Both the position numbers and the translations under genes were made by a program. This document shows, piece by piece, positions 39,679 through 49,119 of a stretch of DNA of 64,000 bases. The notes under the pieces are model-generated. The model had not been told where the DNA came from. It ran no database searches and saw only the letters and a program-made list of their open reading frames with translations. Positions within the stretch are counted from its first letter, which is position 1, and the number at the start of each line of letters is the position of its first letter. The stretch comes from Patescibacteria group bacterium (lineage in GTDB: Bacteria; Patescibacteriota; Minisyncoccia; Phycocordibacterales; Phycocordibacteraceae): assembly GCA_004322365.1 (NCBI GenBank), contig SCTS01000007.1, forward strand, positions 18,266-82,265, in the 5' to 3' direction.

Positions 39679-40082
39679 CCCATGGAGCGAGCCGTACCGG
39701 CAATGATTTTCATTGCTTGCTCAGTATCTTTTGTATTCAAGTCAGGCATCTTCTTCTCAGCAATCTCTTTGAGTTGCGCCTTTGTGATTGAACCTGCTTT
39801 TACTGTTGGAACCTTTCCAGAACCCTTCTCCAAACCTGCCCATTTCAAAAGGAGACGTGATGCTGGAGACACCTTAACAATAAAGGTGAACGAACGATCG
39901 TCCATGACCGAAATCTCAACAGGAAGGATGTCGCCCATTCTGTCTTGGGTTGCGGCATTGAACTGCTGAACAAACTGGCCAATGTTTACACCGGCTGGAC
40001 CGAGAGCTGTTCCCACTGGAGGCGCAGGAGTTGCCTTACCGCCTGGAACCTGAAGCTTAATTTTCTTTACTACTTTTGCCAT
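39663..40082 (-). CDS. rplK: 50S ribosomal protein L11
   Basis: '[15 protein letters not shown]', '[10 protein letters not shown]'. Confidence 0.99.
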   Translation of the reverse strand: MAKVVKKIKLQVPGGKATPAPPVGTALGPAGVNIGQFVQQFNAATQDRMGDILPVEISVMDDRSFTFIVKVSPASRLLLKWAGLEKGSGKVPTVKAGSITKAQLKEIAEKKMPDLNTKDTEQAMKIIAGTARSMGIDVK

Positions 40083-40097
40083 ATGCGTTGATGATAC

Positions 40098-40640
40098 TTA
40101 TATTTTCTTAACTTGCAAAAAATCGAGCTCAACTGGTGTCTCACGACCGAACATAGACACTAACACTTTTACCTTACCCTTCTCCTCGTCAATCTCACCA
40201 ATGCGACCCTCCAAATCCTTGAAGGGACCATCCGCAACAATAACAGGCTCCCCGACAGCAAAGTCAATTTTATGCTTTGCAATATCGGTCGACATGCGCT
40301 TGAAGAGAATGTTCATTTCATCCTCCGTCAAAGGCACTGGAGTAACACCAGATCCCACGAAGCCCGTCACGCGAGGAGTGTTACGAACAATGTACCAACT
40401 CTCATCGTCAACAATCATGTCAACCAAGATGTAGCCTGGGTAAATTTTCTCTTCAACGGTATTTCGCTTACCACCCACTACCTTAATTTTCTTTTCAGTT
40501 GGGATAACCACATTAAAGATCTTGTCCTGCATGTTCAGGGAATCAATACGCTGTTTTAAGTTACGAAGAACAGCGTTCTCATATCCTGAGTATGTGTGTA
40601 CTGCGTACCAACCTCGTGTTCCTTCTGTTTGTTTTGCCAT
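40098..40640 (-). CDS. nusG: transcription factor NusG
   Basis: '[11 protein letters not shown]', 'YPGYILV', '[11 protein letters not shown]', '[10 protein letters not shown]'. Confidence 0.99.
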   Translation of the reverse strand: MAKQTEGTRGWYAVHTYSGYENAVLRNLKQRIDSLNMQDKIFNVVIPTEKKIKVVGGKRNTVEEKIYPGYILVDMIVDDESWYIVRNTPRVTGFVGSGVTPVPLTEDEMNILFKRMSTDIAKHKIDFAVGEPVIVADGPFKDLEGRIGEIDEEKGKVKVLVSMFGRETPVELDFLQVKKI

Positions 40641-40645
40641 ACAAA

Positions 40646-40837
40646 TTATTTCTTAAGAAGGATAAGTTGCTCTAGTCCTAATGTGAAAATGAAATCAAAA
40701 GCGCCGAGCATAAGTGCGACACTGATAGAAATAACAATAACGAGCAATGTATAGAGAATTGCTTGATTTCGAGTTGGCCACGACACATGCGTGAGCTCAT
40801 TTCGTACTGCCTTGATGTATTCAATGAATTTTTTCAT
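40646..40837 (-). CDS. secE: preprotein translocase SecE
   Basis: '[10 protein letters not shown]' followed by a TM helix; upstream of nusG. Confidence 0.95.
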   Translation of the reverse strand: MKKFIEYIKAVRNELTHVSWPTRNQAILYTLLVIVISISVALMLGAFDFIFTLGLEQLILLKK

Positions 40838-40911
40838 AAAAAAAGCCCTGCTGGGGCTTTGATTAAGATATCAAATTGAGACTGCCGGGTCAAGGGTGGG
40901 CTAAAAGCCTA

Positions 40912-41391
40912 CTAGCGACGAGGCGTACAGCTCCGTACACGCTCATCAGCAATGTGGTATGCCATAGCCAAGCGAGATCGTGCGTCGTTCAATGCACTAA
41001 GTCTATTTGTCTGCACTCTGCGTTCCTCAATGTCTCGAGCTCGGGGTGTAAGATCAGTACGATGACTCAGCGATTCAAGGGCACTGTCAGCATTCTCATG
41101 TGCTCGCGCGGTGGCAGTCTCAAACTCATTTTCAGCATTAAAAACAAGCTCCTCAGCTGAGGGTATTTGTGTTTGAAGGCATCGCTCTTGACCTTCTCGC
41201 TCACGCTGACCTTGAACAAGGCCACCTACCAGACCTCGCCCAAACTGACCCCAGTTAAAATCTTGCGCGTCTGCAGAAGCGGGTGCTGTTCCAGCCAATG
41301 CGCCGGCAATACCCAAAGTAGCCCAAATAGAGCCTTTCTTTCGAGGTCTTCCTGAAACAGACGCTCCTTCAATTGATGATATTTCTCCCAT
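40912..41391 (-). CDS. hypothetical exported helical protein
   Basis: Signal-like segment; TTGACA-N17-TATCAT promoter 9 nt before the ATG. Confidence 0.6.
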   Translation of the reverse strand: MGEISSIEGASVSGRPRKKGSIWATLGIAGALAGTAPASADAQDFNWGQFGRGLVGGLVQGQREREGQERCLQTQIPSAEELVFNAENEFETATARAHENADSALESLSHRTDLTPRARDIEERRVQTNRLSALNDARSRLAMAYHIADERVRSCTPRR

Positions 41392-41504
41392 AATTTTTAT
41401 ATGATAACACTTCTGAGCTATCCTGTCAATGGCATATTCCCCCTACAAAAAATCCCAGCTTTTGCTGGGATTTTTTCCTAAAACCTAGAACCTAGAACCT
41501 AGTC

Positions 41505-42329
41505 TTACCGTATTTCGTACGTCACCGAAACATTCACGATAATTTCATTCTGCCCTGTTGGTACAGAAACTTCTGGCCGTGCAGGTGCTGACGATGCGCC
41601 CATCGCCATGTCTTTTGAATAGTACATCGGAGGATACCCACCTCCTTCAGAGTAATTTACTACACGGACCAAACGAACACCGAGGTCCCCTGCAAGCCCT
41701 TTCGCCTGCGCGCGAGCCTTCTCTATTGCCTCTTTCCGAGCCTCTGCCTTCAAAGCATCGGGATCATCAACGGAAAAGTTAGGTCCGTAGAGATTGGTAA
41801 CTCCTGCTTCACCGAGAGCCGAAAGCACTTTGCCTGTGTCATCAATCTTGCGTACTTTTACTTCAACAGTCTCTGAGACGGTAAAGCCGATAATTTTTTG
41901 CTCCTGATTATAGACACAAGGAACTGCTCCGTAACATGGAGTTGGTTGTGAATAACGAGGTGAAATGTTGTATGAACTCGTCTTAATGTCCTTCTCGCTA
42001 ATTTTTAGGTCTTTCAATAGCGCGAGGGCAACATTGATTTTCTTTGCGGCAGCATCTTGTGCGTGCGCAGAAGTATCAGCGTCTTCAGAGATACCGAAAG
42101 AAACTGTGGCAATGTCTGGCGATGCAGAAACCTTTCCTTCCCCAGTGACAGTTATGACATTGGTCGGAGGTTGTGTGAGAGTGTCAAAATTAACAATGGC
42201 ATTAACTGCCTTTGCTCCAACAAAAATCGTTGCAACAACAAGGAACGCTGCAAATAATTTCATAACCAAACGGCTTTTCAAAAGTCCGTGGTGATGTAAG
42301 TGATCGTGAGTATCTTTAAGTTCATCCAT
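41505..42329 (-). CDS. SIMPL (DUF541) domain protein
   Basis: 'ITVTGEGKVSASPDIA', 'DIKTSSYNISP', 'A.KEAIEKARAQA..LA..LGV', 'VSVTYEI'. Confidence 0.93.
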   Translation of the reverse strand: MDELKDTHDHLHHHGLLKSRLVMKLFAAFLVVATIFVGAKAVNAIVNFDTLTQPPTNVITVTGEGKVSASPDIATVSFGISEDADTSAHAQDAAAKKINVALALLKDLKISEKDIKTSSYNISPRYSQPTPCYGAVPCVYNQEQKIIGFTVSETVEVKVRKIDDTGKVLSALGEAGVTNLYGPNFSVDDPDALKAEARKEAIEKARAQAKGLAGDLGVRLVRVVNYSEGGGYPPMYYSKDMAMGASSAPARPEVSVPTGQNEIIVNVSVTYEIR

Positions 42330-42426
42330 AGAAACGAATATATTACTGCTATGAGCCTAGTATATCACTAGGCATATTTAATAAGATCGGCATGAAGCTC
42401 TTACTAAGACGAAGATCTGACCTTAT

Positions 42427-42572
42427 CCTTACGGGCGCGAACAAGAAGGAAAGTGTCTGCGAAGTAGTGTTTTTGGGGCGAAGAGACGGAGGAAAGTTTT
42501 ACTTTCATTCTGGCTCGACGAAGCAAAAACAAGAGCGCTAGCGAACTTTCTTCGAGTGACCTGCCCGAAAGG
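42427..42572 (+). ncRNA. candidate elongated-hairpin ncRNA (unclassified)
   Basis: Nested complementary blocks 42427-36/42563-72, 42447-54/42545-52 and 42468-75/42524-31 in an intergenic region. Confidence 0.3.
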
Positions 42573-42639
42573 TTTCCTTACGCGCACTGGTAACAAGTAC
42601 ATAAGTGGCAATCATGGTGGCGATGTCGTGTCCCCTATT

Positions 42640-42664
42640 CTACTTGCAAATAAATTGCAAGTAG
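42640..42664. promoter_or_regulatory. Fur/Zur-family operator palindrome
   Basis: CTACTTGCAA-ATAAA-TTGCAAGTAG immediately before the regulator gene start. Confidence 0.75.
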
Positions 42665-42673
42665 AATAGTATA

Positions 42674-43093
42674 GTGACTATGATCGTCATCGCAGACGCC
42701 CTCAAAAAAAGAGGGTTCCGAGTAACCGCACCGCGCGTTAGCATCTTCAATGTCTTACAGAAGGCGTCGTATCCTATGAGTGTGCAGGAGGTAAAAATGG
42801 GAACGAAAGGTGTGGATACAGTGACGGTGTACCGGACACTCGAGGCGTTCAAGCAGGCAGGGCTAGTTGTACAAGTTGATCTCCAACGGGGACATGCCCT
42901 CTATGAACTTAAGGAGGGTAAAAGCGACCACCACCACATCGTGTGCATGAGTTGCAAAAAGATAGAAGATTTCACTGGATGCGATTACCAGCCGATCGCA
43001 CAGCAAGCCCTAAAAAAGTCAAAAGGATTCGCCAAGATTATCAGCCATTCACTAGAACTTTTTGGTCTCTGCGCACTATGCGCGACTAAATAA
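42674..43093 (+). CDS. Fur-family regulator, probably Zur
   Basis: 'RVTAPR', 'TVYRTL', 'HHHIVC..C', 'FGLC..C'; cotranscribed with a ZIP transporter. Confidence 0.92.
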   Translation: MTMIVIADALKKRGFRVTAPRVSIFNVLQKASYPMSVQEVKMGTKGVDTVTVYRTLEAFKQAGLVVQVDLQRGHALYELKEGKSDHHHIVCMSCKKIEDFTGCDYQPIAQQALKKSKGFAKIISHSLELFGLCALCATK

Positions 43094-43101
43094 CTAACAC
43101 T

Positions 43102-43875
43102 ATGGGAACAATTGCCTACATATTTATAAGTATCAGTGCGGTGAGCTTAGTATCATTCGCCGGCATCGCCGCATTCTCGATGAGGGCAGAAATGATGAAA
43201 AAGATGCTCTTCGTTCTCGTAGGGCTCGCCGCTGGAACATTAATCGGAGACGCGGTGATACACCTAATACCTGAGGCGCTCGAAAAGATCGGTGATGAGC
43301 GAGCGTTCGGTCTTGCGCTTTTAGCAGGCGTCGTGGTCTTTTTCATCCTTGAAAAATATTTGCGCTGGCATCACGCTCATCACGGAGCCGAGGAAGATCA
43401 CGAAACGGAAGAAGCCCTTCACCACCCTAAACATCTTGCGCCGATGGTTTTATTCGCGGACGGCATCCACAATCTGCTTGACGGGGCAGTAATTGCCGCA
43501 GGGTTCCTCATCTCTCCAGTCGTCGGATTCGCAACTGTGGTCGCTGTATTCCTTCATGAGATCCCGCAGGAAATCGCTGACTACGCACTCCTCGTGCACA
43601 GCGGATTCTCACGCACGAAAGCTCTTTTCTTCAATTTTCTTTCAGCACTGACGGCATTTCTCGGAGCAGGACTCCTCCTTCTACTCCACTCCGCATTTGA
43701 GCTGGTCGGAGCATTTGCTGGAGCATTCACGGCAGGTGCATTCATCTACATCGCCGCGACAGATCTCATCCCCGAACTACATAAAACAAAAGGAGCGATG
43801 CGTGGCGCGATTGAACTTGGTGCATTCATCATCGGTATCGCACTGATGTTCTTGTTGACCTTCCTTGAAGCGTAA
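43102..43875 (+). CDS. ZIP family zinc transporter
   Basis: 'HLIPEA', His-rich loop, 'DGIHNLLDG', 'HEIPQE'. Confidence 0.95.
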   Translation: MGTIAYIFISISAVSLVSFAGIAAFSMRAEMMKKMLFVLVGLAAGTLIGDAVIHLIPEALEKIGDERAFGLALLAGVVVFFILEKYLRWHHAHHGAEEDHETEEALHHPKHLAPMVLFADGIHNLLDGAVIAAGFLISPVVGFATVVAVFLHEIPQEIADYALLVHSGFSRTKALFFNFLSALTAFLGAGLLLLLHSAFELVGAFAGAFTAGAFIYIAATDLIPELHKTKGAMRGAIELGAFIIGIALMFLLTFLEA

Positions 43876-43880
43876 GAATC

Positions 43881-44471
43881 TCATCCTGCAACCCGCTCGC
43901 GATACATTTGCCCTACAGAAACCCACCCTGATGCCTCACCTCGAAGTGGTATCGAGGTCATCACCTTCCATACCCCCTCTTCTTTTTTCAGGATTACTAT
44001 AGTATCGAGAGTTGATTCGAAACGAGGTCGTAGCACTCGAAGTTCGCGCCATATTCTGCGAAATTGTTTACGATTTAAAAAACGCGCCACGGACGCATGG
44101 AGCTTGTTCCCTTCAAGTGGATACGCTGGCATCCACGCAATGTTTGTGTTCAGTGCATGAATGAGACGACGCACTAAGGACACTGCTTCCGCACCCTTAT
44201 ATACATCCATATACACAGTACGAAAACCGAAGCGCCCAAATCCATCTATAACCAAAGGAGTGGATCGCTCATTCCCTGCAAACGATCGCAATACCCGCTC
44301 AACTTCCTTAATGCCTGATTCATCAGTCTCAAAAGGAGGCTTGATGGTGATGTGTGGCGGAATCCTGTCGTGGAGAGGGATGACGCGATACTTCAATGCA
44401 AGCTCGCGAGTTAATCCCGAATGATACTGTCTTGCATCCCCCGAAAGGAGGTGGGCAATGAAGTACTTCAC
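43881..44471 (-). CDS. 2H phosphoesterase (2'-5' RNA ligase superfamily)
   Basis: Two HxT/S motifs: 'PPHITI' and 'LHASV'. Confidence 0.8.
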   Translation of the reverse strand: MKYFIAHLLSGDARQYHSGLTRELALKYRVIPLHDRIPPHITIKPPFETDESGIKEVERVLRSFAGNERSTPLVIDGFGRFGFRTVYMDVYKGAEAVSLVRRLIHALNTNIAWMPAYPLEGNKLHASVARFLNRKQFRRIWRELRVLRPRFESTLDTIVILKKEEGVWKVMTSIPLRGEASGWVSVGQMYRERVAG

Positions 44472-44525
44472 TAACGACAGTATAGCAAATGCGAGACCGA
44501 GTCAGTTCTACCTCGGGGAATAAAT

Positions 44526-45524
44526 TTAAGACTTCGCTTTATTGAAACGGAGTGAGGAATAGTATGCAGCGAGAACAAACGCAAGACCAATGGTTCCAGT
44601 GATTATTTCCGGTACATCAGTAAGTAGGCTAACCCACATACTCACCGCAAGTCCAAATATTGCCCAATGAGCGCCGTGCTCCAAAAACACGAGAGTATCG
44701 AGAGTGCGTTCTCTCACCATAAAAATGGTCAGGGATCGTACAAAATAAGCGCCGATACCCAAACCTACCGCAATTACCGGCAACGCTGAGGTAAGCGCAA
44801 ACGCACCAACAACACCATCGAGTGAGAATGCGGTATCCAAAACTTCAAGATATAGGAACAGTGCAACACTGCCAGATGCCCCCACTTTTGTCTCGACAGA
44901 AAAAGCGCTCGTGATTCCTTCCATCACAATAAATACAATGACTCCAAAAACACCGGCCAATAGCACAGAGGTCTGTTCTGCGGCCGGAACAAAAAATGAA
45001 ACGGTAGCGACAGCGACGAGTGCAAGAAATATTTCTAATGCCTCAATTCTGCCCCAGCTCACCAAGTGTCTCTCAATAAACTGAATCCAGTGTTTTGTTT
45101 TATTGCTATCAAGAAAATATTTGAGAGCAACCAACATAAGAAACACTGCGCCGAACGAATGGATTGCAGGAGCAACACTTTCTAGCAACTCCCCATAGTG
45201 AGTAGGGTCAAACAAGGCCATGTGACCAATTAGCCATGGAGACATGCCTGCAATCGCTGAAACAATAATGACGGGGAGGAGGATGCGCGTACCAAATACT
45301 GCAATAAATATTCCCCATGTAAGGAAGCGTTTCTGCCACTTCTCATTCATCTTCGCAAGTACTCGCGCATTCACAACGGCATTATCAAAAGAAAGAGTTA
45401 CTTCAAGAAGTACCAACAGCACTGCGGTTATAAAAGCTGCAAGGCCGAGATAGTAATACACGAGGCCAAGGCCAATGAGAGAAATAAGAACTGAGACTCC
45501 GAAAAATTTGATTATGCTGTTCAT
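44526..45524 (-). CDS. DUF475 / TerC-like membrane protein
   Basis: 'LEVTLSFDNAVVNA', 'YLEVLDTAFSLDGVVGAFA', 'LEHGAHWAI'. Confidence 0.92.
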   Translation of the reverse strand: MNSIIKFFGVSVLISLIGLGLVYYYLGLAAFITAVLLVLLEVTLSFDNAVVNARVLAKMNEKWQKRFLTWGIFIAVFGTRILLPVIIVSAIAGMSPWLIGHMALFDPTHYGELLESVAPAIHSFGAVFLMLVALKYFLDSNKTKHWIQFIERHLVSWGRIEALEIFLALVAVATVSFFVPAAEQTSVLLAGVFGVIVFIVMEGITSAFSVETKVGASGSVALFLYLEVLDTAFSLDGVVGAFALTSALPVIAVGLGIGAYFVRSLTIFMVRERTLDTLVFLEHGAHWAIFGLAVSMWVSLLTDVPEIITGTIGLAFVLAAYYSSLRFNKAKS

Positions 45525-45541
45525 ATATTAAAGATTTTTTA

Positions 45542-46561
45542 CTAAATCGCTTCTCTGCTTTCAGAAAAATAAACCTGTCGAGGAGGAATACCTAACATCT
45601 TTAGTCGTGTAGTGAGAAAATGCTTCATTTCTTTTTCTCCCTTGAATGCTCGAACTTTCCCTCCGATGAGCACAGCCCACTCACCAACGTCTCGCATTAC
45701 ATCTGTTTTATTAAAAACGAGATGCGTGACGCCATTCACACGAACTGCTTGCTCTATCAAATCAACATTCATCCAATTACACTGGCGTGGTCTCCCTGTC
45801 GTAGAACCATACTCTTCACCTACTCGCCGAAGCTCTTCGAATACAGGATTTTTTGGTTCAAACTTCTTGGTACCGACATAGGTCTCATACATTTTTGCGA
45901 CACCCCATACGTGGCGAACTGATTGTGGCGGCACACCATTCAAGAGGGCCCCAGCGGTGGTGCAGTGACTCGAGGTAACAAATGGGTAATCTCCCCAATC
46001 AATGTCGAGCCCGAAGCCTTGTGCTCCTTCACCTAATATGACGACCTTTTTTTTATTTTCATGAAACTCTTCGTAGAGATCGATGAGGTACGGCTTTAAT
46101 ACCTTTACATGCTCCGCACGCACACCAATGCGGGCGTACTTATCGCGATAGGCTGGACCGTTTCCTCGCTTTGTCGTGCCAATTGCCACATCAACAGAGT
46201 CTTCGTTTCTATGTGATGCAGTTATGACGTGGGTGTTTTTTGCAATAAAAATTTTACCCTTAGTCTTGATACCTCCATCCTCAAGCATCTTAATTTCTTT
46301 CAGAAATTGAATAGGGTCAACAACACATCCTGGCCCTATTATGGATTTAATGCCCCAAAAAACTCCCGCAGGGATGTGGTGCGTTATAAACTTCTTACCT
46401 TTATGAAAAATAGTATGCCCAGCGTTACATCCTCCGTTGTACCGAAGCACGTGTGTGTACTTCTTTGTCTTACACAAAAAATGAGCTACTTTGCCCTTTC
46501 CTGAATCTCCGTATTGTAAGTCAACAATTATATCAGTCTCCACTTTTGAAAATGATATCAC
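45542..46561 (-). CDS. purA: adenylosuccinate synthetase, short form
   Basis: 'QYGDSGKGK', 'GGCNAGHT', 'EGAQG', 'YPFVTSS', 'GSTTGRPR'. Confidence 0.92.
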   Translation of the reverse strand: MISFSKVETDIIVDLQYGDSGKGKVAHFLCKTKKYTHVLRYNGGCNAGHTIFHKGKKFITHHIPAGVFWGIKSIIGPGCVVDPIQFLKEIKMLEDGGIKTKGKIFIAKNTHVITASHRNEDSVDVAIGTTKRGNGPAYRDKYARIGVRAEHVKVLKPYLIDLYEEFHENKKKVVILGEGAQGFGLDIDWGDYPFVTSSHCTTAGALLNGVPPQSVRHVWGVAKMYETYVGTKKFEPKNPVFEELRRVGEEYGSTTGRPRQCNWMNVDLIEQAVRVNGVTHLVFNKTDVMRDVGEWAVLIGGKVRAFKGEKEMKHFLTTRLKMLGIPPRQVYFSESREAI

Positions 46562-46582
46562 TGTTTTCCGAATGATGCGATG

Positions 46583-47665
46583 TTATTCAAGAATTTTCTC
46601 AACAGTCACCGGTGGGGTTTTGACCTGCTCCACGATAAGAGACATCCGTGAAATAACAGCTCCATCGGGGGTCTTAATAGAAATTCGCCAACGGCCGGAG
46701 GTAGGGTTATCCATAAATGAGTACCCTCGGTACCCTTCTGGTCGTCCCCCAAGAATTGGGAAACTCACTCTATTTTTAATCACCCACGTACCGAGCTCTG
46801 GCTCAAATAATTCCCATTGATGTACAACTCCCGCACCAAAATGCGCAGGGGCAAAAATAGAACTGAACACATATGCCGACTCCCCTGGTGAAAGATGAAG
46901 TGTCACTCCTTGGATATCAAAAAAGCGTTCGTACCACGAACGGACTTCGTCTGTTGCTACATATGTATCAGCTACCTTTACCACCGAATGGTACGCATCA
47001 ATACTTTTTGCAGAAAGTGGAATTGGAGGGATAAGGTGCGTTACATAGAGGAGTACTACAACGACGACGACACCAAGGACGCCTCCCGCTATCCGTGATG
47101 CGTTATGTAAAAATGCGCTCGGAGCCAAAAATCTGCCGAGGAGAAAAAACAAAATAAAAAATGCAATAGCAACCCCGACACTAGAGAGAAAAGTGAGGAG
47201 CCCAAGAGAGCCAAGAGCGATGGGCGTTGCGAGCGCAAAGAACAGCACGAGATTCAAGAAAAAAAGTGTTGTTTGAAATGGGAGACGGTATTTCTCAATA
47301 AAAAATGTCTCGTTACTAAACGCAGCAAGCGCTACGACAATAAGAAACGGCCAACTCTGGGAGAGCGAACCGCTTGAGAAGTACAGAACGAGAAAAGCAG
47401 ACAATAAATTACCAGCAACATACTGATGGATAATAGGAAGCCACGCACGCATTGATTTATCTATTTTTGAGGCTCCTACATGCAGAGGGCTCGCGAGCAC
47501 AAGTATCGAACCTCCAACGATAAGAAGGTACCCTGTAAGAATTATTTGACTGACTGTGAGGTTGATAGTCCTGAATGTGATGATGTCTACCAAGAAACCC
47601 ACCACAAAAGCTGTGGTGGCGAGATGATGTTTGTGACGACTAAAAAATTGGCTTAGTTTCTTCAT
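46583..47665 (-). CDS. DUF2914-type membrane protein
   Basis: Multi-TM N-terminus; C-terminal 'IPPIPL...IFAP...H.W...GGRPEGYRGYS...GRWR'. Confidence 0.8.
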   Translation of the reverse strand: MKKLSQFFSRHKHHLATTAFVVGFLVDIITFRTINLTVSQIILTGYLLIVGGSILVLASPLHVGASKIDKSMRAWLPIIHQYVAGNLLSAFLVLYFSSGSLSQSWPFLIVVALAAFSNETFFIEKYRLPFQTTLFFLNLVLFFALATPIALGSLGLLTFLSSVGVAIAFFILFFLLGRFLAPSAFLHNASRIAGGVLGVVVVVVLLYVTHLIPPIPLSAKSIDAYHSVVKVADTYVATDEVRSWYERFFDIQGVTLHLSPGESAYVFSSIFAPAHFGAGVVHQWELFEPELGTWVIKNRVSFPILGGRPEGYRGYSFMDNPTSGRWRISIKTPDGAVISRMSLIVEQVKTPPVTVEKILE

Positions 47666-47906
47666 ATATAAAAGTAAGGAGACTCTCTACTCTACAATAT
47701 CAAAAAAAATAAACTATCCTCGCCTATACATTTTATACATACGATGCTTCACTCGAGCACTGTAAGCATCGCCTAGCTGATACGGCTTAGTTAGTGATGG
47801 CTGTAGCTGAATCTACGCACCTTTTATAAAGGTAGATTCTGGGTCGCCTCGTCATCACTACTTGCCAGATAAAAATATCTCTATAAAAATACTTAAAATA
47901 AAAAAT

Positions 47907-48602
47907 ATGACAAAAACATTGACCGTGCTCCAGCGCAATATTATTGCACTATCTGCACTATTTGCCCTTTCGCTTATCGGAATACTCTTCATGCTTCCTG
48001 CCTCAGTTCATGCAGCATCCATTGATAGCCAACTCTCCCCTGGAGATAACAATGCAAACGTAACAATTCTACAAACATACCTTGCGTTGGACACAAGCAT
48101 CTACCCACAAGGCTTAGTTACAGGATTCTATGGAACCCTTACTACATCTGCAGTACAGCGCTTCCAGTGTGCATACAGCATCATCTGCACAGGGAGTGTT
48201 GCAACAACTGGATACGGACGAGTGGGGCCTATGACCTTGGCTTCAATTAATTCAAAAATGGGCGGTGTATCTTCCCCAGATACACAGGTGCCACTTATCT
48301 CATCTGTTGGGGTAAGCACGGCAAGCAACACTGCAAACATTTCTTGGAATACCAACCAGATGACACAAGGAGTTGTTCGTTATAGCGTTTCTCCTATTGT
48401 CTTAAATGAAGGGAATGGAATTTCAGGTAGCGTTGGCGTGAGTGGAGATACGGCATTTACCGACTCATCATTCCGTGCATCACAGAATGTTCTCATCTCA
48501 AACCTACAGAAAAACACACAGTACTACTACGTAGTCTACACAACAAACGCCGCAGGACATGTGAGCATCACATGGCCAGCAACATTCACTACAAAGCCAT
48601 AA
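47907..48602 (+). CDS. secreted peptidoglycan-binding protein with C-terminal FN3-like domain
   Basis: Signal peptide, 'V..LQTYLA...VTGFYG.LT..AVQRFQ', 'ISWNTN...L..NTQYYY'. Start adjusted to ATG 47907. Confidence 0.85.
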   Translation: MTKTLTVLQRNIIALSALFALSLIGILFMLPASVHAASIDSQLSPGDNNANVTILQTYLALDTSIYPQGLVTGFYGTLTTSAVQRFQCAYSIICTGSVATTGYGRVGPMTLASINSKMGGVSSPDTQVPLISSVGVSTASNTANISWNTNQMTQGVVRYSVSPIVLNEGNGISGSVGVSGDTAFTDSSFRASQNVLISNLQKNTQYYYVVYTTNAAGHVSITWPATFTTKP

Positions 48603-48630
48603 GTAAAAGATTTACTAAAGCAAACTAGTG

Positions 48631-48669
48631 AAAATAAAAATCCACCCATATGGGTGGATTTTTATTTTT
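48631..48669. terminator. bidirectional terminator
   Basis: AAAATAAAAATCCACCCATATGGGTGGATTTTTATTTT. Confidence 0.85.
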
Positions 48670-48890
48670 GGGTGGCTACAGGGAGTCGGTCACGAGTCAC
48701 TAAATATTTTGCTCCAAGTTTTCGCTTACACTCGACAGTGCGACGAGGCGTCGAACACTAAGTGCTCTCGACCCCAGCTCGTAGTCGCGAAGCGACATAC
48801 TCCGCTTTTCGATTCCCTGACGCAAGCAAAATCATTTGCTTGCTTAGCAACCCAACAATGACAAAACCCGCACAAGGCGGGTGTCATTGT
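48669..48890 (-). repeat. target-mirroring element downstream of tRNA-His
   Basis: Direct copy of the tRNA 3' end (48669-48688, 19/20 vs 48891-48910) and split antisense copy (48808-48819 plus 48845-48854) around a shared scaffold. Confidence 0.8.
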
Positions 48891-48965
48891 TGGGTGGCTA
48901 CAGGGAATCGAACCCTGATCGAGAGCTCCACAAGCTCCAGTGTTAACCGTTACACCATAGCCACC
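48891..48965 (-). tRNA. tRNA-His (GTG)
   Basis: Cloverleaf GTGGCTA/TAGCCAC, encoded G-1, anticodon loop TTGTGGA, TTCGA T-loop. Confidence 0.96.
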
Positions 48966-49026
48966 ATATACTCCGTCCCGCTCGCTTTGTGCGCGCTTGC
49001 ACAAAGCGAGCCTGCGAATCGAAGTG

Positions 49027-49110
49027 TGCCCAGGAGAGGACTCGAACCTCCACGCCCTTGCGGGCTTCACCACCTCAAGGTGAAATGTCTACCAGTTTCA
49101 ACACCTGGGC
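49027..49110 (-). tRNA. tRNA-Leu (GAG)
   Basis: GCCCAGG/CCTGGGC acceptor stem, TCACC-TTGAGGT-GGTGA anticodon arm, long variable arm. Confidence 0.96.
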
Positions 49111-49119
49111 AAATACTTT

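Noticed and set aside
42430-42600. RNase P RNA, suggested by GAGGAAAGT
   Set aside because: The following CC and the 3' P4 partner (ACAGAA-type) are absent.
45542-46561. PurZ (2-aminoadenine pathway)
   Set aside because: The catalytic Asp is retained (GDSGKG, not GSxGKG) and the PurA-type TTGRxR loop is present; no datZ or mazZ is visible nearby.
48669-48688. Prophage or integrative element attR at tRNA-His
   Set aside because: Only about 200 bp separate the repeat from the tRNA and there is no integrase; reported instead as part of the target-mirroring family, although a decayed island is not excluded.
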